Source: Octopus sinensis (Eukaryota). From it: DNA of 64,000 nt. A program made the position numbers and the translations under genes. Position 1 is the stretch's first letter. Every line of letters begins with the position of its first letter. The notes beneath the pieces were generated by a model that was given only the letters and a program-made list of their open reading frames with translations, searched no databases and was not told the origin of the DNA. The stretch spans positions 6,634,001 through 6,698,000 of the forward strand of contig NC_043009.1 of the NCBI RefSeq assembly GCF_006345805.1. Direction: 5' to 3'. Shown one piece after another: positions 37,660-52,602 of this stretch.

Positions 37660-37752
37660 AAATACTCACAACGCGCGGTCTGGGAAACGAAACCGCAATC
37701 CTAAGACCGCGAGTCCGCTGCCCTAACCACTAGGCCATTGCACGCCTCCACC
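37660..37752 (-). mobile_element. SINE family C head
   Basis: GGTCTGGGAAACGAAACCGC..CCCTAACCACTAGGCCATTGCACGCCTCCA. Confidence 0.85.
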
Positions 37753-37779
37753 ACCTCTCTTTGACTTAGTACTGGGAAG

Positions 37780-38200
37780 TGCTTAGTAAATTTCATTTCC
37801 ACTTCACTGGTCAATACGTTCTGTAAACCTGTGTTTGGCCTAATTTCACTGGCAAGCATTTATTTTGTTAGGTTACTGGCTGTGGCAAATTGGTTTCAAG
37901 CTTGTTTTCGATAAATTACTCTTGTAGATCCTGCAGCTTTTGAATATATACACCCATAACATTTAGCACTATTATCTCTTCCAAATGTTATGCACATCAT
38001 GCAATCTTTCTCTATCAGCCAACGCAATGATTGGTGTTATCCATGATTACTCGTCGAAAAATTCCTTGGGAGTCGGTATCTGCTTCTGGCCATAACATCT
38101 TCCATTATTTTTCGTATTCATTTCTTGGTTACTTCATCCAGAGTTACATTGATATAATCTATTGTCTATCGACACCCTGATAAATTGTTTGTCAAGGCAA
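37780..38200 (-). pseudogene. Possible very old LINE RT C-terminal fragment
   Basis: IPTPKEFFDE*SWITPI..DRERLHDVHNIW loosely resembles the post-RT 'TP..L..EL.W' region of LINE ORF2. Interrupted by stops. Confidence 0.3.
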
Positions 38201-38590
38201 GATATTTATTAAACATCTTTATTTCATTATATTAAATATCTTAAATATTTTTTTATGACGAAGGGCTATAAACAACGTGTTATTGAAAAACTAGAATTTC
38301 TTGTTCCTATCGATTTGTTTACAATAAAATAAATTTAACGTAGAACACTTCGGACGTAAATTTAGCCAAGACTAGCTAAAATCATTTTATAAATTTTTGA
38401 CATTTCAGATGAACTTCCTTATATTTGGTCCGCTGTCTGACTGCTGACAGTTCCTTCCGATGAATGTTACCCCTCTCCTTTCTTCTGTTTTACTGACTAC
38501 ATCTTCATAAAACCAATAGCGCTTGATTTACATGTGAATGAGTAACATTCGAACACACATCATGAAAAGCAAAATAATACTTGTATTATA

Positions 38591-38991
38591 GCTGACAGTG
38601 TGGTAAGTAGCTTGCTTACGACCCACATGGTTCCGGGTTCAGTCTCACTGCGTGGTACATTGGGCGAGGGTCTTCTACTAAAACCTCGATCCGACCAAAG
38701 CCTTGTGAGTGGCTTTGGTAGACGGAAACTGAAAGAAGCCCATCGTATATATATATGTGTGTGTGTGTGTTTTTGTGTGTTTGTGTGTCTGTGTTTGTCC
38801 ACCCAACATTGCTTGACAACTGATGCTGGTGTGTTTACGCCTCCGTAACTTAGCAGTTCGGCAAAAGACACCGATAGAATAAGTACTAGGCTTACAAAGA
38901 ATAAGTCCTGGGGTCGATTTGCTCGACTAAAGGCGGTGCTCCAGTATGGCCACGGTCAAATGACTGAAACAATTAAAAGAGTAAAAGAGTA
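38591..38991 (+). mobile_element. SINE family B, near full length
   Basis: GTGTGGTAAGTAGCTTGCTTACGACCCACATGGTTCCGGGTTCAGTC, ending in (AAAAGAGT)2. Confidence 0.92.
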
Positions 38992-39289
38992 ATGGGTATA
39001 TATATATTTATTCATTCCATTATATTATAATAATGTTATATATATATAATATTATATTATTTATTATATAATATATATTATCTATAATGTTATATAATAT
39101 AATATTATATTATATATTCATTCCATATCCAAGGAGAATATTTCAAATATACTTATGTTTGTCTTACTCCAGAACATATAAACTGCTTTTTTGCTTCAAA
39201 ATGATTCTATTTTTTGTTTGTGACATTTGAACGAGAACGTCTTAGATTCACTATTTTCAGTAAAATATGTACAAGGAAGAAAACTTGAA

Positions 39290-39613
39290 TGCTTGTACTG
39301 GTAGAGTTTTTTTTTTGTTCCTTCTCGAGCCATGCCGGGCTCATAAGGGCCGGTTTCCCGGTTTCTTGGCGTATAGGTTCCCCACCTGGACGGGACGCCG
39401 GTCCATCACAGGTGAGCTGCAAGTTGCAGGAGGAAAGAAGGAGAGAAAGCTGTGGCGAAAAAATCAGCAGAAGTTTCGCCATTACCTTCTGCCGGAGCCG
39501 CGTGGAGCTTAGGTGTTTCGCTCATAAACACACACATCGGCCGGTCTGAGATTCGAACCCGCAATCCCTCGAACGTGAGTCCGCTGCTCTAACCACTAGG
39601 CCATGTGCCTCCA
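39290..39613 (-). mobile_element. SINE family C variant with CTGTGATGGAC..GAAACCGG tail
   Basis: Reverse complement head TGGAGGCACATGGCCTAGTGGTTAGAGCAGCGGACTC. The tail is shared with 771-1085 and 48110-48355. Confidence 0.88.
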
Positions 39614-40623
39614 CACTAGTAGAATTGGAGTTGGCGAATAGTCTATTGCACGTTTTGGATGTAAGAAAAAACTACGTTTCCCTTTGTTCTTATGATAAGG
39701 AGAAGCATATTCTCTTGTTGGGAGGTGTATTCACATATTTCTTTCAAAGGAGTTAATGCTGATCTGGTAGCCATAGAAGATGCAAAAAAAAAAGAAGAAA
39801 GAAGAAAGAAAATCATGCATTTCCGAAAACGTGTTTGTAACATATGGATGAGTGAATCATCGACTGTAATCCAAACGTCCTACTTTTGGATGTGCTGAAA
39901 GATGTCTCTGTTTACGCCAACTGCAGCGCCCTCCTATCCCTGTGTGAATTACTTCATATTTGGTTGCAATCCAACCATAAAGCGCTATTTACTGCAGTTC
40001 CAAAGTGAGGTTAATGCAACGCATTCAAAGGGTACGTCAACAGACTTTACTTTGCAACGTTGTGACTTTTAGGCGAAGGAAATTAATTCTGCTCCTATAA
40101 ATAAGTCTACAGAGCATAAAACGATTGTTACTGGAAACTGGTCATATGCAACAGCATTCCGGAAATACAATAGAATTATGTGCATGCAATAGAAAAAGCG
40201 TTGAAAAGTCCAGCTGCTGAAGTCGGGGGAAAAAATACATTGCCTTCTGAAGAAAAGGGACACCTGTTCGGGGTACATGGACGTAATAAATCAGATAAAA
40301 CTCAGGTGCTTGTCTAGGTATATTATAAAACACTAAGCTCTACGAGTGGTAATTGGTCTTTAAGTGACGGTGCTATGAATTATTAACCTTGGCATGGGTC
40401 TATTATTTTTTCTAGATTAGAACATTCATCTCTTCAATTTCTTGCCTTCGCTTCGCTACAAAATGCAAGGGCATATAACCTTGACGTTAGATCTGTTCAA
40501 ACATATATTTGATACAATACACCGGCATGAATAGATAAATGTATGTAGATAAATGTATGAATCGAGCGAAAAACAGGCAACAGTTTCATATATACATATG
40601 TATCTTTGTGAGTGTGTATATAT

Positions 40624-40665
<42 letters not shown>

Positions 40666-40999
40666 ATATATACATACATATATACACATATTTGTATGTG
40701 TGTGTGTGTGTGTCTGAGTGTATGACTGCGTGTATATGGGTATGTATGTGTGTGTGTGTGTTTGTGCGCGCGTATGAGAGGCAGAGAATGTGAGATAGGC
40801 GGATTATTATATGGTTAGATAAGGAAATAGATAGTTTCATTGATTTATCAATTCACTGAGATAAGAAACCAGTTGATAGATTATCAAACGTATAGGAACA
40901 TATTTATAGATATATGTTTAGATGCAGTTATAGATTTATCGAGATAAGGTAGATAAAATGAAGATATATAGATCGATAGTCCCATATATAGGCAATATT

Positions 41000-41006
41000 A
41001 GATAGG

Positions 41007-41040
<34 letters not shown>

Positions 41041-41041
41041 T

Positions 41042-41126
<85 letters not shown>
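41000..41126. repeat. (GATA)n microsatellite
   Basis: Read directly. Confidence 0.95.
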
Positions 41127-42109
41127 ACCGTTTAGAAATCTGTTGATTTATATAGGAATGAGACCTGACTTTAAAAATTCTGCTCAAAATACTAATAATG
41201 ATATCTATGTGTATCGGCTGTATATACGAATGTTTGAGCAAATGTACATGTGCCTACCTTTGACCGTTTAGCTTTGCGGCAAACAACAGTCAGTCGCATA
41301 GAAATAAACGCATGTCACCTATGCCATGCGGAGAGAAGGAACATAACGAAGAGCTGAAGATTATGATTTATGTATACGTGAATAGAAATTGTATAGATGG
41401 ACCTCTATAACAGTTGGCATTCAGGAATTGCTTGAGTGAATCGATGAGAAAACATGGCCATGAATAGCATCGATAAGAAGATATGAAATAATATTTGGAT
41501 CAAATCTAGAGTAACACATTATGTCGTTCTTCTCTTTATTGAATCCATTGTAATTTTTGTTCGTTGTTCCTCTCTCATGTGTGTTACATGTCTTTATTTC
41601 TAAAGATATTCTATAGAAGCAACGATCGATTTTTATCATGGCAGTAACCTATGAACTGACTTGAAATTTGTTTTATATAAAATAAGAGTAAAATGAATTA
41701 CCTGTATTTATATACAGACATTCAGACGCATATACACACAGCTACATGCATATATGTGTATATACGTGCACACACATAAATGTGTGTCACTAGCATGTTA
41801 ATACATGCGTAATATATTCACACTTTCACAGATTCACGCATGCATACAACCTACAGACGTCTGAACGTGTATAAATACCATATACTTCTGTGTTTAATCA
41901 ACGGAACACCAGCAGAAATGAGATACTGGCCCGATTATCACTAAGCATGTTCATAATTACACGAGAAATAAATACGTTTCTGAAAGATACAATGAAGCAG
42001 CACCTTGCTTCGGCTTTCATGTATTGAACTTAAACTTCTTATAATCGGTTGCTTCGCCACTAATTTGTTCCATGTCTCAACACCATTATATTTTGGACGT
42101 GACTATTAA

Positions 42110-42420
42110 TAAGTACTCACCGTATTTTGGTGTTGCTGGGTTTGACCAAAGAACGTGAAACAATAAAAAATCTGTTATATAATATATCTTGGATTTGCCC
42201 CAGGCGTTTCGTATAAGATTGGGTGGATATGATACTTGAAGTATATCGGGTGAATTTTACATTGTGTCTGGAGGTAGTCTTATACCAAAAGCTCCCTTGA
42301 CAGCAACTATCTGGCCCTAGATATATTTAACGAGACTCACTCGCTTCTAGACTCCTCTACCATAACATCAGTCAGACACATCTTCGTAGACATCACTCTA
42401 CTTTAGCAGAATATGGATTG
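42110..42420 (-). pseudogene. Possible R4/Dong-type restriction-like endonuclease remnant
   Basis: KMCLTDVMV and IVAVKGAFGI loosely resemble the R4 'CLLIDV.V' and 'PIVIGALG' motifs. Heavily decayed. Confidence 0.25.
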
Positions 42421-44004
42421 GTATTTCTTTATTCGCAGCCCCAATTAAATTCCAAGGCCCAACAAAATGTTATAGGCACTGCCTTTCCTCATTTGACACT
42501 TCTGTAACCCCACCCAATTGTTTCTCCGTTGCTAAGATAAATATTCTTTTTAACATGTTCAGTTGTAGTTAGATATGTTTTGGTTGTTTTAAATTTTGCA
42601 TGGATATCTGATGAACTGAGAGGGAAAATATTTCGTCACGCCGATTCTGAAGATATTAACTGTTTTGTAACCTCCTCTGACATTATAGTAATGTAGCTTG
42701 CTATTAGAGATCCATATCATAGAATAAACTGACCTCTAAAACATTGTTATTTTCCATTAAGATACAGAGACGTTAACCTCTGGCTTTTTCAATTGAGAAA
42801 GAAAACAAAAACTGAAATATTAATTGCATTTAGCTGCGATAACAAAAAATCATTTGAAATTACGATCAGGTTAACTAAATTGAGCTCCGTGAGCAATAGG
42901 ATGACGGTAGTTGGCAATTGTTTGACCATTTTACTTCGAGAACTACATTTAAGGTAGGAAATCCATCAATCTTCTTGCTTTTGTTTTCTCATTCCCCTTC
43001 TTCCATGTCCTCGAACAGTGCCGTAAACAATATAGCAAGGAGAAGCCAGCTAACATATTTTACAAAAAGGTTTGAGAGAAAGAGATGACTCAATCGAGGA
43101 TAATAAACACAGTAAAAAAAAACAACAAAATATCCGCAGTGCCTAAACAACAAAACTAAATTCGGATAAAGAAAAACACATTAATAACACACAATCATAT
43201 AAAAACGAGTAAATTTTACCAAAATTTCATAGAAAAAAAAAATTAAAGAAAATTTAACATATAGAAAACAAATTATAAAATAATGAAAACAAATATATAA
43301 TTTAGCTTGTGAAAACAGTTTGTAAAGAAAAATAAAAAAAAAACACATATTAAACCAAGAGAAAGGATATAATGGAAATTAAATCCCTCAACAATGATGG
43401 AATCGGGGTCAAGCTTTTGGGTTAAAGGCCACACGCTAGTTTTCCACCATGATGAATGTTGTTCAGCAACGTTTCTTTTCGCATTGAGTTAGATTTTGAT
43501 AATATTTTTCTCTTTTTTTGTCCACATGTTTGATACAGAAGTTGTTAATTTTATTTCTTATGCTTTCTTGTTTCTTCCACCTGAAAAAACTTCCAAGCCA
43601 TCATCCAACTTGCACTAACTGTTAAATTTCATTATCATATACTTATGGGATAATTAAATATACCATAGATAACCGGTACATTTGGTTATTCAATAGCCAT
43701 TGCATTTCGACCACTTAAATGGGGAAAATGGCGACTAAAGCGATAATAGATTCTGCACCAACTCTAATATTACTTAGTCGAATTCTATTGACGATTTACC
43801 CGTGTATGTTATATAATTGCTGTGGATAATAATTTCCTTGAATATTTCTACTATTTCTATCACCACTTTTTCTCCCTTCGTTTCTACTTTCTAGACTCTT
43901 GTGATTAGATTAAGCTTTGGCATTTTATCTATTGATGTACCTATTGTAAAAGTTATCACGTTATCATATCCTTTGCATCCTGGTTACATATATGTGTGTA
44001 TGAG

Positions 44005-44015
44005 CGTAGACAGAC

Positions 44016-44088
<73 letters not shown>

Positions 44089-44115
44089 CATAGATAGATA
44101 GATAGATAGATATAT

Positions 44116-44205
<90 letters not shown>

Positions 44206-44222
44206 GGATAGACGGATAGACG

Positions 44223-44274
<52 letters not shown>

Positions 44275-44569
44275 TAGATAGATGAATGGATGGATGGATG
44301 GATGGATGGATGGATATACTGATCGATAGATAGATAGACAGATAGAAGCATATACAGATATATATATAGAGAGAGACAGAGAGAGAGACAGAGAGAGACA
44401 GAGTTGGTTATTAGATATTTACTACTAATCTATCTATTTACTAGTAGAGAGTCAGACTGACAAACAAATAGACAGATAGACAGACAGACAGTCAGACAGA
44501 TAGACAGAGAGACAGACAGACAGATAGATAGAGAGACAGACAGACTGACAGATAGATAGATAGATAGAT

Positions 44570-44604
<35 letters not shown>

Positions 44605-44663
44605 GGATAAATAGATCGATAGATAGATAGATATATAGATATATATATAGATAGATAGATAGA

Positions 44664-44665
<2 letters not shown>
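44005..44665. repeat. (GATA)n/(GACA)n/(GATG)n microsatellite blocks
   Basis: Read directly. The last block abuts the LINE 3' end. Confidence 0.95.
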
Positions 44666-47680
<3,015 letters not shown>

Positions 47681-48109
47681 ATAAATAGAGAAATAAACAA
47701 ACAGACAGGCATAGAGATAGATGGAAATAGAGAGAGATGATTTATGTACATCAACTTATATATGAGTGTGTGTTTGTGTGTGCGCGTGTGTGTGTGTATG
47801 CATGTATTTATGTATGTATGTATGAGCATATATGATATTTACATGTGAATTAGTACTTCTTTATATGTTTTATGATGATTTTTTGTGATAGGTGCATTCA
47901 TATTAAATCCTTATAAGCAAATCCGTACAGTTACCTGACTCTTTACAACTGATAACTGTAAGCATAGCTGGGAGCTTGGTATTGTCCTCTCAGCTGTAAG
48001 TAGAAGGCAATGATAAAAAATATTGAGTAAGAAATGATTTGTTTAAATCATAGTAAAACAATGAGTGAATGAAAATGAAAGAATATTCAGGATCTCGTCA
48101 ATTTCACCG

Positions 48110-48355
48110 TGGAGGCGCTCAGCTTAGTGGTTAGGGTGTTGAACTCATGATCGTAAGGTTGTGGTTTCGACTCCAGGACCGGGCGATGCGTTGTGTTCTT
48201 GAGCAAAACACTTCATTTTCACATTGCTCCAGTCCACTTAGCTGGCAAAAATGAGTAATCCTGCGATGGACCGGCGTCCCGTCCAGGTGGGGAATTTCTA
48301 CGCCACTGAAACCGAGAAACCGGTCGTTATGAGCCTGGCATGGCTCGAGAAGGAA
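48110..48355 (+). mobile_element. CORE-type SINE with CCTGCGATGGAC tail
   Basis: tRNA head, CORE-like GTGTTCTTGAGCAAAACACTTC..TTGCTCCAGTCC, and tail GAAACCGAGAAACCGG..GGCTCGAGAAGG. Confidence 0.85.
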
Positions 48356-48879
48356 AATTTATTTATTCTTAAATTTCACCACGATCTGTTCTGTATAAGA
48401 TGAAGGATAATCAAACGTATAGAACAAGTTTTTAAACAATCGAAATGAACTGACAAGTATATGTCTAATTCGGGTATAATTGATCAGAACTATGTCAAAT
48501 TTCCTCTACGACCCTGGGAGGGCGGAATGTATTCTAAAATATGTTCTAGAGTTTTTTCCGATATGTTTAAGTAACTGACACAGAATCTTTTATGACGACG
48601 AGGGTTCCGGTTTATCCGATCATAGGAACAGCCTAATCGGAAATTAACGTGCACGTGACTGAGCGCACCCGCAGCAGGACAATTCCCGCCGACGACAACT
48701 AACCCCTAAGACAATTACCCCTCTTGGTTAATTACCCCGTCTCCAATATATTAAGAAGATTTAAGTCACCATCTGTTGTCTTGGTGGTGGTGATGGGGGG
48801 GTCATAGTCTATGGGGGTAAATATACTATACTGAAGCGCAATACAGACATGTGTAACGTTAGCGTGGTTCTCAGTTAGA

Positions 48880-49275
48880 CGGCACATGGCCTAGTGGTTA
48901 GTGCAGCGGACTCGCAGTCGAGGGATCGCGGGTTCCAATCTCAGACCGGGCGATGTGTGTGTTTATGAGCGAAACACCTAAAGCTCCACGAGGCTCCGGC
49001 AAGGGGTGGAGGTGACCCCTGTTGTGCTCTTTCGCTTCAACTTTCTCTCACTTTTTCTTCCTGTTTCTTGTCCCCGACTTCCTACGCAACCGCTGAATCT
49101 GGATGCGCATTCATCCATCCGTCGATGCTCTCGGTGTCGGGGGTTGACCTGCTTTCTCTTCTGCGGGTCTTACGAATAGCAACGGACCACGTTTCGGACT
49201 TCTCCCACCTTGCGAGCTCTGAGACGAAGACTGCTTCGCTCAACAGCAACAGCAACAGCAACTGCAACATCAGAT
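48880..49275 (+). mobile_element. SINE family C head with a third tail type ending in (CAACAG)n
   Basis: Head and body match 8034 up to CTTTCTCTCACT..CCTGTTTCTTG, followed by unrelated sequence and a CAACAG repeat. Confidence 0.75.
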
Positions 49276-50165
49276 CTACGTGGCCCTACCAACCGATGTA
49301 GGTGACAAGATTATTACGTAAAAACAAGGTGTTTGTTGCATTAAATGTTGTCATTATGAGCGAGGTAGCTCTGTAACCTTTAACGTTTAATGCAATTAAG
49401 CGAAATGTTTCTCTCATAGTTCGCGGTAGCACACGTCTATTCTCTTGAAAAAGAATATAGTAGTTCTCATTCTCTGCAGCTCCTCACAATTTCTTTCTGC
49501 GTTGTGTCTTACCTCTGCACCGACATCGTAGCTCGAAGAGATTCGAGTGACTACAATGAATGTGAAATTTACTGTAGTATGAAAGCAACAGAAGGAAGAC
49601 CAATGTTTTCAGCAGCAAAGAAGGCTAGTATGTACATATCACGCGTAAATTGTTAAACATCGCCTGACACAAATTCAGACTTAATAAAATCAATCGAAGT
49701 CAGGTTAGAAAAGTACTTAATACAAAACAAATATCGGCCGATTAGTATAATACAGTAACAGCGTAAAACAAAACGCAATAAACTTCCCTCTATACAAAAC
49801 GGTACAAAAAATTACGAAGCCAGAAACTAATTAGTATGAGAGAGAAAAAAAAACGATTTAGATAAAGATACAAATGAAAAGATTAGAGACGAAAAACAGT
49901 AATTGAGATGATACAAAACAAAAATGTGAAGTGAGGAAGAAGAATCGCCATGGTGACTGTACTGAAAACGGAGCAAAATGGCTGCCGGTCAATGCGAAAG
50001 ATGTCGTCGGGAATGTTGGATGAACACCAAGCAATGTTATATTATATATCTACAACCTATATTCTATATCTATATCTATCTCTTTGTTCTCTCCCCCTCA
50101 GTCTCCCTCTCTTCCCCCCTCTATGAGAATATATATATATATATATATAATATATATATATATAT

Positions 50166-50275
<110 letters not shown>

Positions 50276-50291
50276 ATATATATATATATAT

Positions 50292-50525
50292 ATGGAGGCG
50301 CAATGGCTTAGTGGTTAGGGCAGTGGACTCGCGGTCGTAGGATCGCGGTTTCGATTCCCAGACCGGACGTTGTGTTTTCGAGGTGTTTTCGCCCAATAAA
50401 CACCTAAAGCTCAACGCGGCTCCGGCAGGGGGTTGTGGCGATCTCTGCTGTACTCTTTCGCCACAACTTTCTCTCACTCTTTCTTCTGTTGGCCTGCTCG
50501 CTTAGCCAGCGGGGTGGCGTCATTT
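50292..50525 (+). mobile_element. SINE family C, truncated variant
   Basis: TGGAGGCGCAATGGCTTAGTGGTTAGGGCAGTGGACTCGCGGTC, directly after (TA)n. Confidence 0.85.
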
Positions 50526-50699
50526 GAAGGGGTGGCGTCATGTGTAGCAATATCTGATAACCTGGTGGGTCACGGTGGTATATATATAGGTGAAAAGCAA
50601 AGAGGAGAAAATAGCATTCGGATAACAAACATAGAGTAAAATATATCATTCTATTGAAGGTGAATGACTTGACAAACGGTAATTCTGCTTGTGAAGATT

Positions 50700-50900
50700 T
50701 ACTGCTGCAATAAAATAAGGACATACAAGAGAAGGTATGATGACGTCGACGTTGTCGCGCCTTCTCTTGTATTCTCTCTGAGAAAAGTTGCAGCATTCCC
50801 TTAAAATATGCCACAATGCCTCTCCAGTTTGACCGCACCTTCTGCATTTGTCTGATTCTGCTGGTTGGTCTGTCTTGTGTTGGATGTCAAGTTCTTTAAT
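50700..50900 (-). mobile_element. R4/Dong-like (RLE-type) LINE fragment, zinc-knuckle region
   Basis: DKCRRCGQTGEALWHILRECCNFSQREYKRRRDNV matches the CCHC + 'EYK.RHD.V' motif that precedes the RLE endonuclease. Confidence 0.7.
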
Positions 50901-50991
50901 CACCACATACCATGGGTCCGTTTGTAATTTCGGTGACAGCAACGGTCAGTGACAGCAGCGGCGTCGGCAGAGATAGCAATGGCAGCAGCAA

Positions 50992-51034
<43 letters not shown>

Positions 51035-51044
51035 TAGTAGTAGC

Positions 51045-51380
51045 AGTAGTGAGTTGGAGAGAAGGAATTGGAGGGGGCACTTGCTCTTGGCGTTCAGGGA
51101 ATTCTCAGAAATCGGGGTGTCTCGATTATCCCTAGAGATCATCTTGTATCACGTGGGCTACATCTCTATCACCCTGCCTCCTGCTTTTTTTTCTTTAAAC
51201 CTTTGTGTACTATGTACACCCCCCTCCGCTCTCCTTGTATACGTGTATACTTACATTTCTTTTGTTACTTATTTATTTATTTTACAATTTCATTCTATAT
51301 AAAAAAAAACACATTTTACGTCTGTCTTTGTATTGTCCCCCTGATCCTTCGCCCTTCTGGCAAATAAATAAAGTCATTAT
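51045..51380 (+). mobile_element. Probable LINE 3' fragment (ORF end plus pyrimidine-rich 3' UTR) between (TAG)n and (TTA)n
   Basis: Ends TTGTATTGTCCCCC..GCCCTTCTGGCAAATAAATAAAG, the same layout as the Tx1 3' end at 44664. Confidence 0.45.
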
Positions 51381-52018
51381 TACGATTATTAGTATATTCT
51401 TAATACAATCATAATACTATGATATTTGTAAGTCACAATTTGAAAAGGTCTTATAAGGTACGCGCATTACAGATATTCATACCTGCCTCACAACACTTTA
51501 AACCCCGTTTAAACATATTTATTTCTCTTCCACTCTCATGCTCTCTTTATCTCTATCTCTCTAACTATTTTACCTATATCTATCTTTCCTTCTCTCTCTC
51601 CCTCTCTCACACACACACTCTATCTCTCACTCTCTCTCGCCTTCCCTCAAGAATCGGCAGGCATCCGTTCTTTATCGATAACGTATGCTAAATCAATCTA
51701 CAATATAACGAGTTTGAATACGTTTCTTCTACTTCTAAATGAAATAAATTCACCAAAGAACAACAGGTGTGATTCTGTGAAAGGCACTGATACCATTATA
51801 ATAAGTAAAACAAAAATACATATAACAAATATAATGAATCTACTGGTTATGTTAAGAAAATCAATATAAATTGGAAAATATTATGTGAATATATATATAT
51901 ATATATATACAGAGAGAGTGAGAGAGAAAGAGAGAGATTGATAGAAGGATAGATAGATATATACTACATATATATATTTATATTTGTGTATGAATATATA
52001 TATATTTACACACACACA

Positions 52019-52057
<39 letters not shown>

Positions 52058-52602
52058 GTATATATATGTATTAATATATATATATATATATATATATATG
52101 TGTTGTGTGTATGTGTGTGTGTACATATATACAAAGACATACATATGTACATAAACATATGTTTATATTTATGCAGAGAGAGAGAGAGGAAGATTATTGT
52201 TTATGTAATTCTCTCGTTTTTACCTAACGTTCTTCCTCCCCTCTATGCGTTTGCAAGTATATTCTCTGACAAGTGCACATGTACCACATACTCACACACA
52301 CACACATATACACGTATGTATGTATCTATTTATGTATGTACAAATAAAATTCATTAAAATTGATAAAGTAATAATGAGATTAATATTGAGATCGATATCT
52401 CTTGGATCATAAAAGCCACTTGCACCATTAAATGACAGTGTGAAAGCATGTATAATTACTACCGTTGTTATTTATAGTGTGTGTGCTACGAGAAAAGCTT
52501 CTCGTTCTTAAATTAAAATTTGGGTACATTTTTACTAAAGATTCATTAAACATCCAAGGTTAACATAGGCGTAGGAGTGGCGGTGTGGTAAGTAGCTTGC
52601 TT

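Noticed and set aside
48700-48830. ACAATTACCCC subrepeats with inverted GGGGT.A ends as a MULE-like foldback
   Set aside because: Too short and degenerate, with no TSD, so it was left uncalled.
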